Source: a virus
Lineage: Duplodnaviria > Caudoviricetes
IMG/VR virus record: IMGVR_UViG_3300027709_000001
Location: 1-53,866 of that record
Direction: 5' to 3' (one strand)
DNA: 53,866 nucleotides
Part shown: positions 35,837 to 45,467 of the stretch, one piece after another
Position numbering within the stretch: the first letter of the stretch is position 1
Layout: each line of letters begins with the position of its first letter
Program-made: the position numbers and the translations under genes
The notes under the pieces: model-generated
What the model saw: the letters and a program-made list of their open reading frames with translations, nothing else
Told to the model about the DNA's origin: nothing
The model's database searches: none

Positions 35837-36592
35837 TTATTTCATTTTCCCTACGGTATCGCCAGCTTTATTCATCGCTTTACCAAATTGGTTAAAACCT
35901 TTTGATGTATTAGGTTCTGATGATTTTGCTTTTGCCGATGGGCCTGATTTTGACATAGGTGATTCTGTTACAGAATCACTTTTTTCTTTTAGTGCTTTCC
36001 AAAGCTCGTCTTTAATTGTATCTTCTAAACGAGTTAATTCAGCTCTAAGTGCCATTGGATTATCTCCACCAGCCGCAACTGGATGTGCTTTTTTAGGGCC
36101 ATTCAATCCGCCTGACAAATCCTTTGTCATAAGCTGTGTGTCGCCATATTTTTCATCTGGCTCGTTAGCATAATCTTTATCTTCTTCTGGTTCTTTGCCG
36201 TCGTCTTTATCGCCAATACCAGCAAGTTTTATAATATCCATTCCTTTGTCATCATCTGATGGACCGTCTGGTCCTTCTGGAGGACTAATACTTACACCAC
36301 CGTCATCTGGACCAATACTTGGACCATCTGGTGCACCACATGGTGAATCATCTGGACCTTTGTCGCCGTCGTCTCCGCCTGGCATATCAACCATGCTTCT
36401 AAATTTTTCAATATCCATTCTTGGATTTGGATCACTGATGTCGCTTGCCGGAGCCGCTTTTTCTAGTCCAGCATTTTGCATCATTTTTAAAAGTATTCCA
36501 ACATCATTAGCAGTATCGCCTGACATTGAAATATTCATTGATGCTGTTTCGTTTAAGTCATCAATCTTTTTATATATGTCTTGTAACTTCAT
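35837..36592 (-). CDS. Acidic low-complexity (Gly/Pro/Asp) protein, putative internal head protein
   Basis: N-terminus ...DDLNE; G-P-D/S repeats. Confidence 0.7.
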   Translation of the reverse strand: MKLQDIYKKIDDLNETASMNISMSGDTANDVGILLKMMQNAGLEKAAPASDISDPNPRMDIEKFRSMVDMPGGDDGDKGPDDSPCGAPDGPSIGPDDGGVSISPPEGPDGPSDDDKGMDIIKLAGIGDKDDGKEPEEDKDYANEPDEKYGDTQLMTKDLSGGLNGPKKAHPVAAGGDNPMALRAELTRLEDTIKDELWKALKEKSDSVTESPMSKSGPSAKAKSSEPNTSKGFNQFGKAMNKAGDTVGKMK

Positions 36593-37164
36593 TATTTGCT
36601 CCCTACAGGACTTGTTTTACCCGGCTCACCCATGTCGTGTTTTTGTTCCTTATCGGATACACCGTCTGGTACTTGTTTATTTTCACGTTCTGCTCGAACG
36701 CCTTCAAGTTCTTTTAATAATCCCATTATTCTTTCACCACCAACTTGTTTTTGTGCATCCGGATCTGCATCTGTTAAATCAGTACCTAATGCAGGTTCGT
36801 AAACTTTATCATAGTTTGATTTGTCTTGGTATTCTTCTTGGGGTGCACCTTCGCCTCTTACAATAACATGAGATTCTGGAATTTTACAGCTCATTGAAAT
36901 ATATTGTTGGAGTACTTGTGGTGTAGTGGGATAAGCTAGTTCAACGTCATAGTAGTGAACATGAACATTTTGTAATTGTGGAAAATCTAAAGGTCGCTCT
37001 GTAATAGGAGTACGTTTTCCAGCACTCATATTTTCAACTTTAAACTTCTGTAGTACGCCTTCTAAGTGATCAGCGTGACCTTCTGGTAAATCGCCAGCTA
37101 CGCCCACTTTAAAAGAGTACGTCTTTTTTGCTTCGTTTAGATGTTCAACAAATGTTTTACTCAT
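36592..37164 (-). CDS. Putative head/prohead protein
   Basis: N-terminus MSKTFVEHLNE resembles the T4 capsid-targeting sequence; late motif upstream. Confidence 0.7.
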   Translation of the reverse strand: MSKTFVEHLNEAKKTYSFKVGVAGDLPEGHADHLEGVLQKFKVENMSAGKRTPITERPLDFPQLQNVHVHYYDVELAYPTTPQVLQQYISMSCKIPESHVIVRGEGAPQEEYQDKSNYDKVYEPALGTDLTDADPDAQKQVGGERIMGLLKELEGVRAERENKQVPDGVSDKEQKHDMGEPGKTSPVGSK

Positions 37165-37187
37165 GACTTTGTTTTCCCGTTATAGTA

Positions 37188-37676
37188 TTATTTATCTAAA
37201 GACTTGAGTTTTTCTAATAGGCTATTACGATCTGTAACAACAAATCCTTCACCATTTACTAGATTACCGTCGTCTATATGCCCGTCTCTATCCATTTTTT
37301 CTTTTTTCAGCTGTAATTCAACCATTTTGAGCTTCTTATCTAGCTTGGCGTTTTTAGCATCAAGATTGGTTTTAAGCATCTGTCCAGCTACTTCAAATAC
37401 TCGTCCTGAGTAGCGTGATTCAACATTCATACCTAAATCCATTAGGTCTTCATATGCCTGCATGGATTTTTCAGAAACTTCATTAAGTTCTTTATCACCT
37501 AACTCACCTAGTCCTTTTACTTGGGGTAAAGCGGCTGTAATTTTATCAAATTCAGCTATTTCGCGAAACGTTTCTTTTTGTTCTTGCTTTGCTTCAGCTT
37601 TTGCTTTATTTTTATCCGCGTCAATAATTTCTTGTGACTCAGGTAAATTTAATATCTCTTCTAACTTCTTTGTCAT
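37188..37676 (-). CDS. Putative terminase small subunit (gp16-like)
   Basis: Helical ~160 aa, R.FEVAGQMLKT, V.DRNSLL tail; near terL. Confidence 0.55.
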   Translation of the reverse strand: MTKKLEEILNLPESQEIIDADKNKAKAEAKQEQKETFREIAEFDKITAALPQVKGLGELGDKELNEVSEKSMQAYEDLMDLGMNVESRYSGRVFEVAGQMLKTNLDAKNAKLDKKLKMVELQLKKEKMDRDGHIDDGNLVNGEGFVVTDRNSLLEKLKSLDK

Positions 37677-38047
37677 CTTTTTCCTTGATAATCGGCAATT
37701 GCTGACCTAATCGCATCTTCGGCTAAAACTGAACAATGAATTTTAACTGGAGGCAATGCCAATTCCTCAACTATTTCTGTATTTTTTATTTCTTTTGCTT
37801 GTTCTAAAGTTTTACCTTTTACCCATTCAGTTACTAAACTTGAACTTGCAATAGCACTACCGCACCCATAAGTTTTAAATTTAGCATCGTCAATAACTCC
37901 ATCTTTAACTTTAATTTGTAGTTTCATAACATCACCACAAGCAGGAGCTCCAACCATTCCAGTTCCTACTGCTGGGTCAGTCATATCCATTTTACCCACG
38001 TTACGTGGATTTTCATAATGGTCTAATACTTTTTCACTATATGCCAT
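37673..38047 (-). CDS. iscU: Fe-S cluster assembly scaffold IscU
   Basis: DHYENPRNVG, APACGD, GCGSAIASSS, LPPVKIHC. Confidence 0.97.
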   Translation of the reverse strand: MAYSEKVLDHYENPRNVGKMDMTDPAVGTGMVGAPACGDVMKLQIKVKDGVIDDAKFKTYGCGSAIASSSLVTEWVKGKTLEQAKEIKNTEIVEELALPPVKIHCSVLAEDAIRSAIADYQGKR

Positions 38048-38083
38048 TTTTAATCTCTATTGTTTAACTACGTATATTTATCG

Positions 38084-38527
38084 TTATTTGCGTCTGGCTT
38101 TTGGCTTATGGAATATGTCATTTTCGTTAATAACACGGAAATAGATTTTTCTTTGTTTACACCAATGTCTAGCGGCTTCCCATTTAGCCATGTTTCTTAT
38201 ATATTGGGCTTGTCTAAATTTGTCACGCCCAACACTTTCTTTCTTCATTTGGTTTTCGGGTTTAACTTCTATTAACTCAACATGACCTTTACCTCTAGCA
38301 TCAGTATATTGAATTAAAAAATCAGGAACATAAACTGTAAGTTTTCCTGTTAAAGGATCTTTGTATGGAATTTTAACTGACTCACTTGACCATTTAGATA
38401 CAGAAGTGCTTTCATCACAGAAACGCATAAAAGCTAATTCCCAACTTGATCTATATAGAGGAGTCTTGCGTCCTAGGTATTTGTTAGTGTTTTTAAGACT
38501 GTAACGGCCTTGTGCAAACTTTGCCAT
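38084..38527 (-). CDS. gp4: Head completion nuclease (T4 gp4 / TnsA-like)
   Basis: KY.G, YRSSWE..FM..CD, W.SE...IPY, YVPDF, IEVKP, AKW.AA. Confidence 0.9.
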   Translation of the reverse strand: MAKFAQGRYSLKNTNKYLGRKTPLYRSSWELAFMRFCDESTSVSKWSSESVKIPYKDPLTGKLTVYVPDFLIQYTDARGKGHVELIEVKPENQMKKESVGRDKFRQAQYIRNMAKWEAARHWCKQRKIYFRVINENDIFHKPKARRK

Positions 38528-38529
38528 AG

Positions 38530-38922
38530 TTACACCAATACATTACGTTTTTCTAGTTTGTTGCCTGAATTGTCTATTTTATAACCTAGTGTACTAATTT
38601 TTGATCTATTATAATTTAAAATTTCTGTAACAATTGAACTGAGTTGTAATGAATCCAAACCTTTAAGTGTATCTAAAAGTTCAAATACATTAACGTTATC
38701 AAGTCTTGCTTGTTGCATAAGAATAGTGCCAATAGTTTGGGCACTAGTTTTATCAAAGTCTCTATTCTCAAAGAATCCAATAACTGCATCAACTTGGTTA
38801 GTAGGGAAACTTATTGACGCTGTAAAGTATTTGTCTAAAAAACTTTTTACTTGGTCTGCTGAATCTGTTGATTCAATACGGGGTATATTTATTAAATGAT
38901 CTTCTGTTGTTTGTGTTGGCAT
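38530..38922 (-). CDS. Hypothetical protein
   Basis: Packed ORF in the late operon. Confidence 0.7.
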   Translation of the reverse strand: MPTQTTEDHLINIPRIESTDSADQVKSFLDKYFTASISFPTNQVDAVIGFFENRDFDKTSAQTIGTILMQQARLDNVNVFELLDTLKGLDSLQLSSIVTEILNYNRSKISTLGYKIDNSGNKLEKRNVLV

Positions 38923-38931
38923 TTTATATTC

Positions 38932-40335
38932 CTATGTAAATATTAAATTTGGATTATTACGTGCCGTAGTTTGTGCCGCGGCTATTTCAATATCTCTAAA
39001 TTCATCTTGTGCAGTAGTTGATAATGAATCCCACTTATCTGAAATTGCATCAACAATTCCGCCTTGGGTAGATGCTACTGTTAACCCTTTACCTAATTGA
39101 TCTTTTAAGAAACTTCCTTGTTTTGCTAAATTATCTACCATCGCAGGATTACTAGCAAGAGTAGTTAAAATGTCTCCAGTTGATTGTGTTGCTAAAGATT
39201 TAACTATAGTTACTGCACCAGTTACACCAGCAACTGATTGTACAATACTACCTATCGAACCACCAGCGCCGGCACTCTTCGGAAAGAATGTATTAGCAAC
39301 TCCACCTACGTTACCTCCACTTATTCCACCAATGCCTCCAATGGCTCCTTTTAAAATATTAAAACCTTCTTGACGCAATCCACCTTTTGATAATGATTTT
39401 GCATTTTTAAATACGTTAGCGCCTTTAAGTACAGTTCCAAGTAATGCTGAAGGACTACTAAATGCTTGTCCACTAGTAATATCTCCAAGCACACCTAAGC
39501 CACTTTCTAGTACTCCGCCTTGACCAAATAAATTTGTAGTACCTCCACCAAGTGCTGTTATTGGACTTGGTGATGTATCGTAATGTCCTGATGCTGGACC
39601 AAATGATTTCGGTGCCGCATCTTTTGAAGTATCAATGCCTCCGCGTCCATACCATACAGTTTCATATAATACTTGCATAGTGCTTTGTACTGCATCACTT
39701 GAATTATTATCTAAACTATCATGTTGCCAACTTTGTATCATAGGATTAACTAATGTAAAAGAAGTATATCTTCGTCTTGACATTTGATAAATTTGTATAC
39801 TATCAAAAAAGTTATGGAAGCTATCATTGTCTAACCCGAATCTAAACTTATTATTAGTTTCGCCTGTATATGTATTTCCTCTATTGTATGCCGCGTGTTT
39901 TTGATTAGGAAATCCAGGAGTATCAAATGCCGCATACGTACCATCTTTAAAATAATATCTATAGTATGCTTCCCACATAGCAGTCGTTTGACCATAGTTA
40001 TCATCATGAAATGTGATCATAATAGGATCATAATCTAATCTTGTTTGTAAATTACGTTTTTTATTATATTGATGTTTTAAAGAAGTACTTACATTATACT
40101 TAGGTAAGTCAACTGCCTTAACTAGCATATTAACTTCTTGAGTTTTAATTTGTGGAATTACTTTTACTGCATCAGCATTTAAGTTAAAGGTAACATGATA
40201 TAAAAACTTATGTTTTGGTGCTAACCTAAAACTATCATTTGTATATAACGCTCTAGCGTGTTGCCAGTCACCAAGGTTACCCTTAGGGTTAGTTGCACCT
40301 TGCAATACTTGTTTAAAAAAGTCTGATATCGGCAT
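38932..40335 (-). CDS. Tail-tube-like baseplate junction protein (gp48/gp54-like) with Gly-rich tail
   Basis: VK.VDLP, Y.PI.ITF.DD tube-fold pattern; follows the tube gene. Confidence 0.6.
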   Translation of the reverse strand: MPISDFFKQVLQGATNPKGNLGDWQHARALYTNDSFRLAPKHKFLYHVTFNLNADAVKVIPQIKTQEVNMLVKAVDLPKYNVSTSLKHQYNKKRNLQTRLDYDPIMITFHDDNYGQTTAMWEAYYRYYFKDGTYAAFDTPGFPNQKHAAYNRGNTYTGETNNKFRFGLDNDSFHNFFDSIQIYQMSRRRYTSFTLVNPMIQSWQHDSLDNNSSDAVQSTMQVLYETVWYGRGGIDTSKDAAPKSFGPASGHYDTSPSPITALGGGTTNLFGQGGVLESGLGVLGDITSGQAFSSPSALLGTVLKGANVFKNAKSLSKGGLRQEGFNILKGAIGGIGGISGGNVGGVANTFFPKSAGAGGSIGSIVQSVAGVTGAVTIVKSLATQSTGDILTTLASNPAMVDNLAKQGSFLKDQLGKGLTVASTQGGIVDAISDKWDSLSTTAQDEFRDIEIAAAQTTARNNPNLIFT

Positions 40336-40377
40336 AGTACTACTATTTATCTTTTAAAATATGAGGGGATTTAGACG

Positions 40378-40404
40378 AAAAAAGGGGCCTATTGCTAGAC
40401 CCCT
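40378..40404 (-). terminator. Intrinsic terminator
   Basis: AGGGGTCTA-GCAA-TAGGCCCCT-TTTTT. Confidence 0.85.
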
Positions 40405-40435
40405 AATCTCTTAGGAAATATTATAATCGCTTATA

Positions 40436-41065
40436 TTATTGCGATGCGCCGCCGGTTGCTAGTGAACCACCAGCTCTACCAACTGCTGTACCAATACCAG
40501 TACCTTGCGGTGTTTGTATCGCGTTATCATATCTAATTGATAATGCAATAGTTACTGGATCATTAGTACTATATGCTAATGTATTATAGTTAGCACTTTC
40601 TACATAACAACCGTAAAGTTCAAACGTTTCAAGTACACCAACTGCATTGGCACCATTACCACCGTCTAAAATTTCAATTTTAGTTACGAATTTGTAATCT
40701 TGCCCTGAAGCCGCACTTGATTGTTCAAAGAAATCAAATTGTCGTTGAATTTGCTCGCCTACTATTTTTTGTACGTTATTTGAAACATCTTCACGTAAGT
40801 TAAGTGTAATTGGTTCCCAAGTATGTTTCCCTGCTAGGAATACACGTGAGTTATACACATCAACAGTGATTTGTTCAAAAGACACGTTAGGTCTTGTAAC
40901 ATCAACAACCTGTTTAGTTAACTCAGTTGTTGGTGTTGATAATCCAAAATTTTCCAGGCTCACTCTAAAGCGATACTGGAGTTTTGGCATTAACAGTCCT
41001 TGGTTACTAGCTGAAGAACTAGTATCTAAAGGTACTGTAAGTTTTGATAATGTCGAAATGCTCAT
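40436..41065 (-). CDS. gp19: Tail tube protein (gp19-like)
   Basis: YRFRV, RP, AGK..WE.ITL..R.D, YD; directly downstream of sheath. Confidence 0.85.
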   Translation of the reverse strand: MSISTLSKLTVPLDTSSSASNQGLLMPKLQYRFRVSLENFGLSTPTTELTKQVVDVTRPNVSFEQITVDVYNSRVFLAGKHTWEPITLNLREDVSNNVQKIVGEQIQRQFDFFEQSSAASGQDYKFVTKIEILDGGNGANAVGVLETFELYGCYVESANYNTLAYSTNDPVTIALSIRYDNAIQTPQGTGIGTAVGRAGGSLATGGASQ

Positions 41066-41098
41066 TATAATATCTCCTCGTTAGTAGTATTTATCATT

Positions 41099-44000
41099 TT
41101 AGAGCCCCGCAATTTCACCAGTATTTTTAAGCCTTAGCGGAATGTAAATAAACTCTACTGCTTTCACTGGTTCTATGGCTATATCTAAATAAAGCTCATT
41201 ACGATCAATTCTACTTGGTGTGTTGTTTGATTCATCACACACAACTAGGAAGTCATAAAGTGCTCTTTGACCAACTAACTCAAGTAACAAGCTATCTGCT
41301 TGTGCTTTGATTTCGTCTCGTGTAATCTTATCATTTGGTTCAAAGATATAAGGTTTAGCAAGTTTCTTAAGTTGTCCACGTAAGTAAATTACTAGTCTTG
41401 CAACGTTAATTCTATCTAAAGAACTAGCCCCTTTTGCTCTAGTTTTTTGTCCGTAGTTAACTAAACCTGCACCTGTTAAGAACGTTACTGGGTTAATGTT
41501 GTTACTATACAACGTGTCCCTTTGTCCTTCGTTAAGTGCAGTACTTACAAATTCGCCTTCGCTATCAATGTAACCTGCCGCACTAGCGTTTGTAATTCCA
41601 CCACGTCTTGTACCTGCTGGTGCAAACCATGGAAACGAAACGCTGTCGCTTAATGCTATAGTTCTAAGTATACCATGACTTGCTGGAACAACTACGTTGT
41701 TACCTGCGTTATCACTTGTGAATAAACTTGGATAAAATATACCTAAGTATTCATCACTAGTAACAAGTCCATCATCGTTATCTTCTGTTGCTAGAGCTAC
41801 GTTTTTACCCCAGTTATTAAGTGAAGTTGCATCTGGTGTTAATCTAAATGGACTATCTCCTACAATAAATGCACTTAGGCTTCTATCATAGTTTAATGTA
41901 ACCATTTCACCAATTAGCTCTGAGTATCCTGGGCAAGCCATTAAGTTAAAGATTCTTGATTCATCATCTCTAATTTTTTGGTTGCTGTTTACTAATGATT
42001 GTAATGCTTGTATAACAACTTTACGTTGAGCTTTACGTCCAAAGCTACCTGCACCATTTGTTTGGTTACCTGATTCAGTAACCCAACGGTGTGCATAGTA
42101 AGCCGATTGTGACTCGTCGCCAAATCTAATGTTGTCAGTTGCTGTGTTTACATAGTTACGAACAAATTTCTTAACATTAAATCCGCTTCTACGTAAGTTC
42201 CAAAGCAACATTCCTTTTGGATAAAGTGCTGGATCTGGAGCGTCAATATCAACAAAGTCACTTACTAATAGTGCCGCAATAGTTCCTTCTGTATCTGAAT
42301 TTGCACCTGCTGTGTTATAACGTGCATCTCCAAATAACACTCCGTCTTCTGTTGTTTGGTCACCGTTATCAAGTAAAGCAAATTTTAAAGTTGAACCATT
42401 GTATTTGTAAATCTTAGGATAGTTTTCAACATCTGCTGTTGAAATCCAAAGATCACCATTTTTAAGTGCAGTACCATCTGATTGTACAGTTGGTTCTGTT
42501 GCTGATACAATTGGTCCAGCTGGGTCAGTTTTATCTCCGTCAGCAACCGCATAAAACGGACTTGTTGCACTTTGATATCCTACCCATTTGCTACCATCAT
42601 GTATTAACATATCAACTTCGTCTACAATTGAACTGTACCAAATACGTCCATCTGTTGTTAAGGCAGTTGGAGCATCTGAACTTGCTGTAAATGTTAATAC
42701 TTGCCAGTTACTTGCTACCCAAGTATGAGTAGTGTCACCAGCCGGTACCGCATATAAATTAGGTGTTCCTGTTGTAGAATCTACATAAGAAACAAAGCCT
42801 GCTAATGTTAACAAGTTGTTAGTGTCTGCTATTCTAAAGTCACCACCATCATTATGTTCAATAACAATTCTGTTTGAAGCATCTACTGATGCAACAATGT
42901 TAGTGAATCCAGCAGTATTAATTGCACCTGCAACAACGTCTGCATCACTTGATGCGCCAGTTGTAACTATACCTGAAATTGTAACGTCAGCATTTAATGC
43001 CTCTTGTGCTACAATTCCTTCTTGTATATTAATTGCATAAGTTGCCGCTGTTAATTGTGTATCAATTATATTACTTACTATTCTAGTAGTACCTGTAGAA
43101 ACACGTCTGTGAATCTTAAAGTCTGCTACAATTGGTGTATCTTCTGCATTGTTATAATTAACATACAGCGTACCAACAGCTAGGTTAACACCTCCACCGG
43201 ATTTATCTAAATTATAAATCGCTGAATGATTTGTGCTATAAATTGGTGCTGTAATATCTTCCCAAAGTGCAGTTGTACCGTTAAATTTCTTAACTCTGTA
43301 ACGAGCGCCTACATTAGGTTCTGTAGTTTTAACCCAAATAGACCCAGTTGGTCTTGCAACTGTATCGCTAGATTTAAATGCTGGTACATCAGTGTGTGGA
43401 GTAATTTGTAGTATTGGTGAACCATAAGTTCCATCAGTTAACCCTACATCAGTAAACAAACTTTCAACGCCATTTTTAGCTATAGCAAGTTTACCGTCTG
43501 TAACTGAACCGTTACTTTGTGATGTACTATTAGAATAAATTTCTAATTTTCCATCAACTACTGCCGCACTTACACCTGTAACTGCCATTGTATTAATTGT
43601 TCCTGCAACATCTGATAAAGCTGTTCCACCAATTGCTGGTGAAAGCGTACCATTAATGCTTATCTTATGTGCCGCATCTAAAGTTGGGTTGCTTTCAGTT
43701 CCTCTAACAGTTGCGTGACTTGATGCCCATAAATCCGAACCTACTAGTTCCCAAGATCCTGAAGCGTTTTTGTAATATATTTTTTCTAATGTAGTTGTTG
43801 CAACAACGGCATAGTCACCTACTTTACCAACGGATGTTTTAGGTTTCCCTGCTGTTACTTTTGTTTCGTCTGTTATTACAGTTGGAATTTTATTTGTAAA
43901 GCTCTGTCCACCAGTAACAGTTGCCGCATTAGAATTCCATTCAAAAATACCCCATAGAGTATTTCCTGTGTCAAACCAATATGTTCCATCTGCAGGATTA

Positions 44001-44386
44001 GCCGCAGGAGCCGTAGCTGATGCAAGTAATTCTGTAGTATTTAAATCTGCTCTAGTTACATAAGCTCTGTTACTTACACCTAAGTATGAGTAAGCCGCTT
44101 GTAAGCCATATTCGTTTAATTCACTACCGTTAATCGGATTGTTATTAGTGTCTGTATAGAAACTTGGATCTCCAAATGTTTCTGTTAATTCTCTTTGAGA
44201 TGTTAGCAAGAATGGTGTTCCTGCTTGTGTTTTTGTTGTACCTGTTGCTGTTCCTGTTCCTGCACCGTTCGTCTTATCTTGTGCAGATACAAAGAATATC
44301 ATTGGTACTGTACCTGGTTCCGCCGGAGTATAAAAACTCTCGTCAATTACGGATACCTGTACGCCTGGTGATACTAAATTAGCCAT
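41099..44386 (-). CDS. gp18: Contractile tail sheath protein (gp18-like) with large insertions
   Basis: LVSPGV, FG.P, PWFAPAG..RG, LY...INP, RINVARL, FEPND, CDESNNTP, PVKAVEFIY. Confidence 0.95.
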   Translation of the reverse strand: MANLVSPGVQVSVIDESFYTPAEPGTVPMIFFVSAQDKTNGAGTGTATGTTKTQAGTPFLLTSQRELTETFGDPSFYTDTNNNPINGSELNEYGLQAAYSYLGVSNRAYVTRADLNTTELLASATAPAANPADGTYWFDTGNTLWGIFEWNSNAATVTGGQSFTNKIPTVITDETKVTAGKPKTSVGKVGDYAVVATTTLEKIYYKNASGSWELVGSDLWASSHATVRGTESNPTLDAAHKISINGTLSPAIGGTALSDVAGTINTMAVTGVSAAVVDGKLEIYSNSTSQSNGSVTDGKLAIAKNGVESLFTDVGLTDGTYGSPILQITPHTDVPAFKSSDTVARPTGSIWVKTTEPNVGARYRVKKFNGTTALWEDITAPIYSTNHSAIYNLDKSGGGVNLAVGTLYVNYNNAEDTPIVADFKIHRRVSTGTTRIVSNIIDTQLTAATYAINIQEGIVAQEALNADVTISGIVTTGASSDADVVAGAINTAGFTNIVASVDASNRIVIEHNDGGDFRIADTNNLLTLAGFVSYVDSTTGTPNLYAVPAGDTTHTWVASNWQVLTFTASSDAPTALTTDGRIWYSSIVDEVDMLIHDGSKWVGYQSATSPFYAVADGDKTDPAGPIVSATEPTVQSDGTALKNGDLWISTADVENYPKIYKYNGSTLKFALLDNGDQTTEDGVLFGDARYNTAGANSDTEGTIAALLVSDFVDIDAPDPALYPKGMLLWNLRRSGFNVKKFVRNYVNTATDNIRFGDESQSAYYAHRWVTESGNQTNGAGSFGRKAQRKVVIQALQSLVNSNQKIRDDESRIFNLMACPGYSELIGEMVTLNYDRSLSAFIVGDSPFRLTPDATSLNNWGKNVALATEDNDDGLVTSDEYLGIFYPSLFTSDNAGNNVVVPASHGILRTIALSDSVSFPWFAPAGTRRGGITNASAAGYIDSEGEFVSTALNEGQRDTLYSNNINPVTFLTGAGLVNYGQKTRAKGASSLDRINVARLVIYLRGQLKKLAKPYIFEPNDKITRDEIKAQADSLLLELVGQRALYDFLVVCDESNNTPSRIDRNELYLDIAIEPVKAVEFIYIPLRLKNTGEIAGL

Positions 44387-44419
44387 TGTATGTTCTCCCG
44401 TTGGACATCATGTTACTAG

Positions 44420-44504
44420 TATTTATACAAACCGCCCAAAATCACCCCGGAATGATACGCTAATAAATCAAACAAAAGGGAAACGAAAAGGGGAGGTATA
44501 AATA
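44420..44504. promoter_or_regulatory. Divergent pair of T4-late-type promoters
   Basis: Exact TATAAATA on minus (44420-44427) and plus (44497-44504). Confidence 0.75.
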
Positions 44505-44509
44505 TTACT

Positions 44510-44848
44510 ATGAGACCTTTATGCAAATGCGGTAAAAAGCCGGTAGCACTTAATTATTATAAGGAAGGCGTCCCTTATTATAGGAGCCTTTGTGAAAGCT
44601 GTTCCAAGCGTGGAGGTAAAAAACCTGGATTACCTAAGTGGGCTCTTGCTGGATATAAACAAAAAAGTATTTGTGATAAGTGTGGATTTCGTAGTAAGCA
44701 TAAAGAACAATTTCATGTTTACTATGTAGATGGAAATCTTAATAATATTCGTACATCAAACTTAAAAACAGTTTGTGCTAATTGTAGTAAGATTTTATAT
44801 AAGGAAGGTATTAAATGGTCAACAGGAGATCTTGTACCTGATTTTTAA
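44510..44848 (+). CDS. Zn-binding HNH-like protein (catalytic His apparently lost)
   Basis: CKC, CESC, CDKC, YVDGNLNN...NL..VCANC. Confidence 0.75.
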   Translation: MRPLCKCGKKPVALNYYKEGVPYYRSLCESCSKRGGKKPGLPKWALAGYKQKSICDKCGFRSKHKEQFHVYYVDGNLNNIRTSNLKTVCANCSKILYKEGIKWSTGDLVPDF

Positions 44849-45404
44849 GTTCAGGAACAGTACCATTATTGTTGATAATATGTTTGAATTTAGTTTGTGC
44901 CCAAGCCCATTCACTAGGGTGTACATCTTTAGGTTCAACGCCTAATACTTTATATTCTGTAAACCAAGCTGGATCTTCTCCACGTTTAACACGCCAAACT
45001 TCTCCGTTAATTTCATACAGCATTTTAGCTTCATTTGGAAAACGTGTATCTGGAATAACATAGTTAATACCTGGATTATCTAATATTTTCTTCTTAGTTA
45101 AACTAACCCATATACCGTCATAAAATCCGTTACGCATACACTCTGTACCAAATAATTGTAATACTAGTCTAGGTGTAATTTCACGGCCTATTTCATTAGT
45201 CCAGTAAGTATCTACTTTTTCACGCCATTCTCTACTTTCAGCAGTCTTACCATCAAGCAATTCGCGGTCCCAATCAAACATAGCTGATATACTATCTTTT
45301 AGTTTATCTGCAAATGAAATTTTTTGGAAATTATGCTCTTTAATTAAATAATCCGCTATTGTATCTTTACCTGAGCTAATAAGCCCACAGATTCCAATTA
45401 CCAT
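44811..45404 (-). CDS. gp1: Deoxynucleoside monophosphate kinase (T4 gp1-like)
   Basis: GLISSGKDT, FAD.LK, TPR.VLQ..GTE, DTRFPNE, HPSE. Confidence 0.92.
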   Translation of the reverse strand: MVIGICGLISSGKDTIADYLIKEHNFQKISFADKLKDSISAMFDWDRELLDGKTAESREWREKVDTYWTNEIGREITPRLVLQLFGTECMRNGFYDGIWVSLTKKKILDNPGINYVIPDTRFPNEAKMLYEINGEVWRVKRGEDPAWFTEYKVLGVEPKDVHPSEWAWAQTKFKHIINNNGTVPELKNQVQDLLLTI

Positions 45405-45430
45405 TTGGTTATTCCTCATATTAAGTTTAT

Positions 45431-45459
45431 ATTATACGAGGAATTTAGTTAAATGTCAA
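45431..45459 (-). promoter_or_regulatory. Sigma70-type promoter
   Basis: Perfect TTGACA-N17-TATAAT. Confidence 0.85.
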
Positions 45460-45467
45460 GTGTAATT

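Noticed and set aside
36250-36380. Repeated GGACC(A/G)TCTG-like units as a DNA repeat element
   Set aside because: Imperfect and explained by G-P-D/S low-complexity protein sequence.
36195-36866. 223-aa plus-strand ORF
   Set aside because: Antisense shadow of the Gly/Pro/Asp-rich gene and its neighbour; no SD or motif.
44430-44496. Purine-rich tract between divergent late promoters as a replication origin or ncRNA
   Set aside because: No iterons or stable hairpin; too little evidence.
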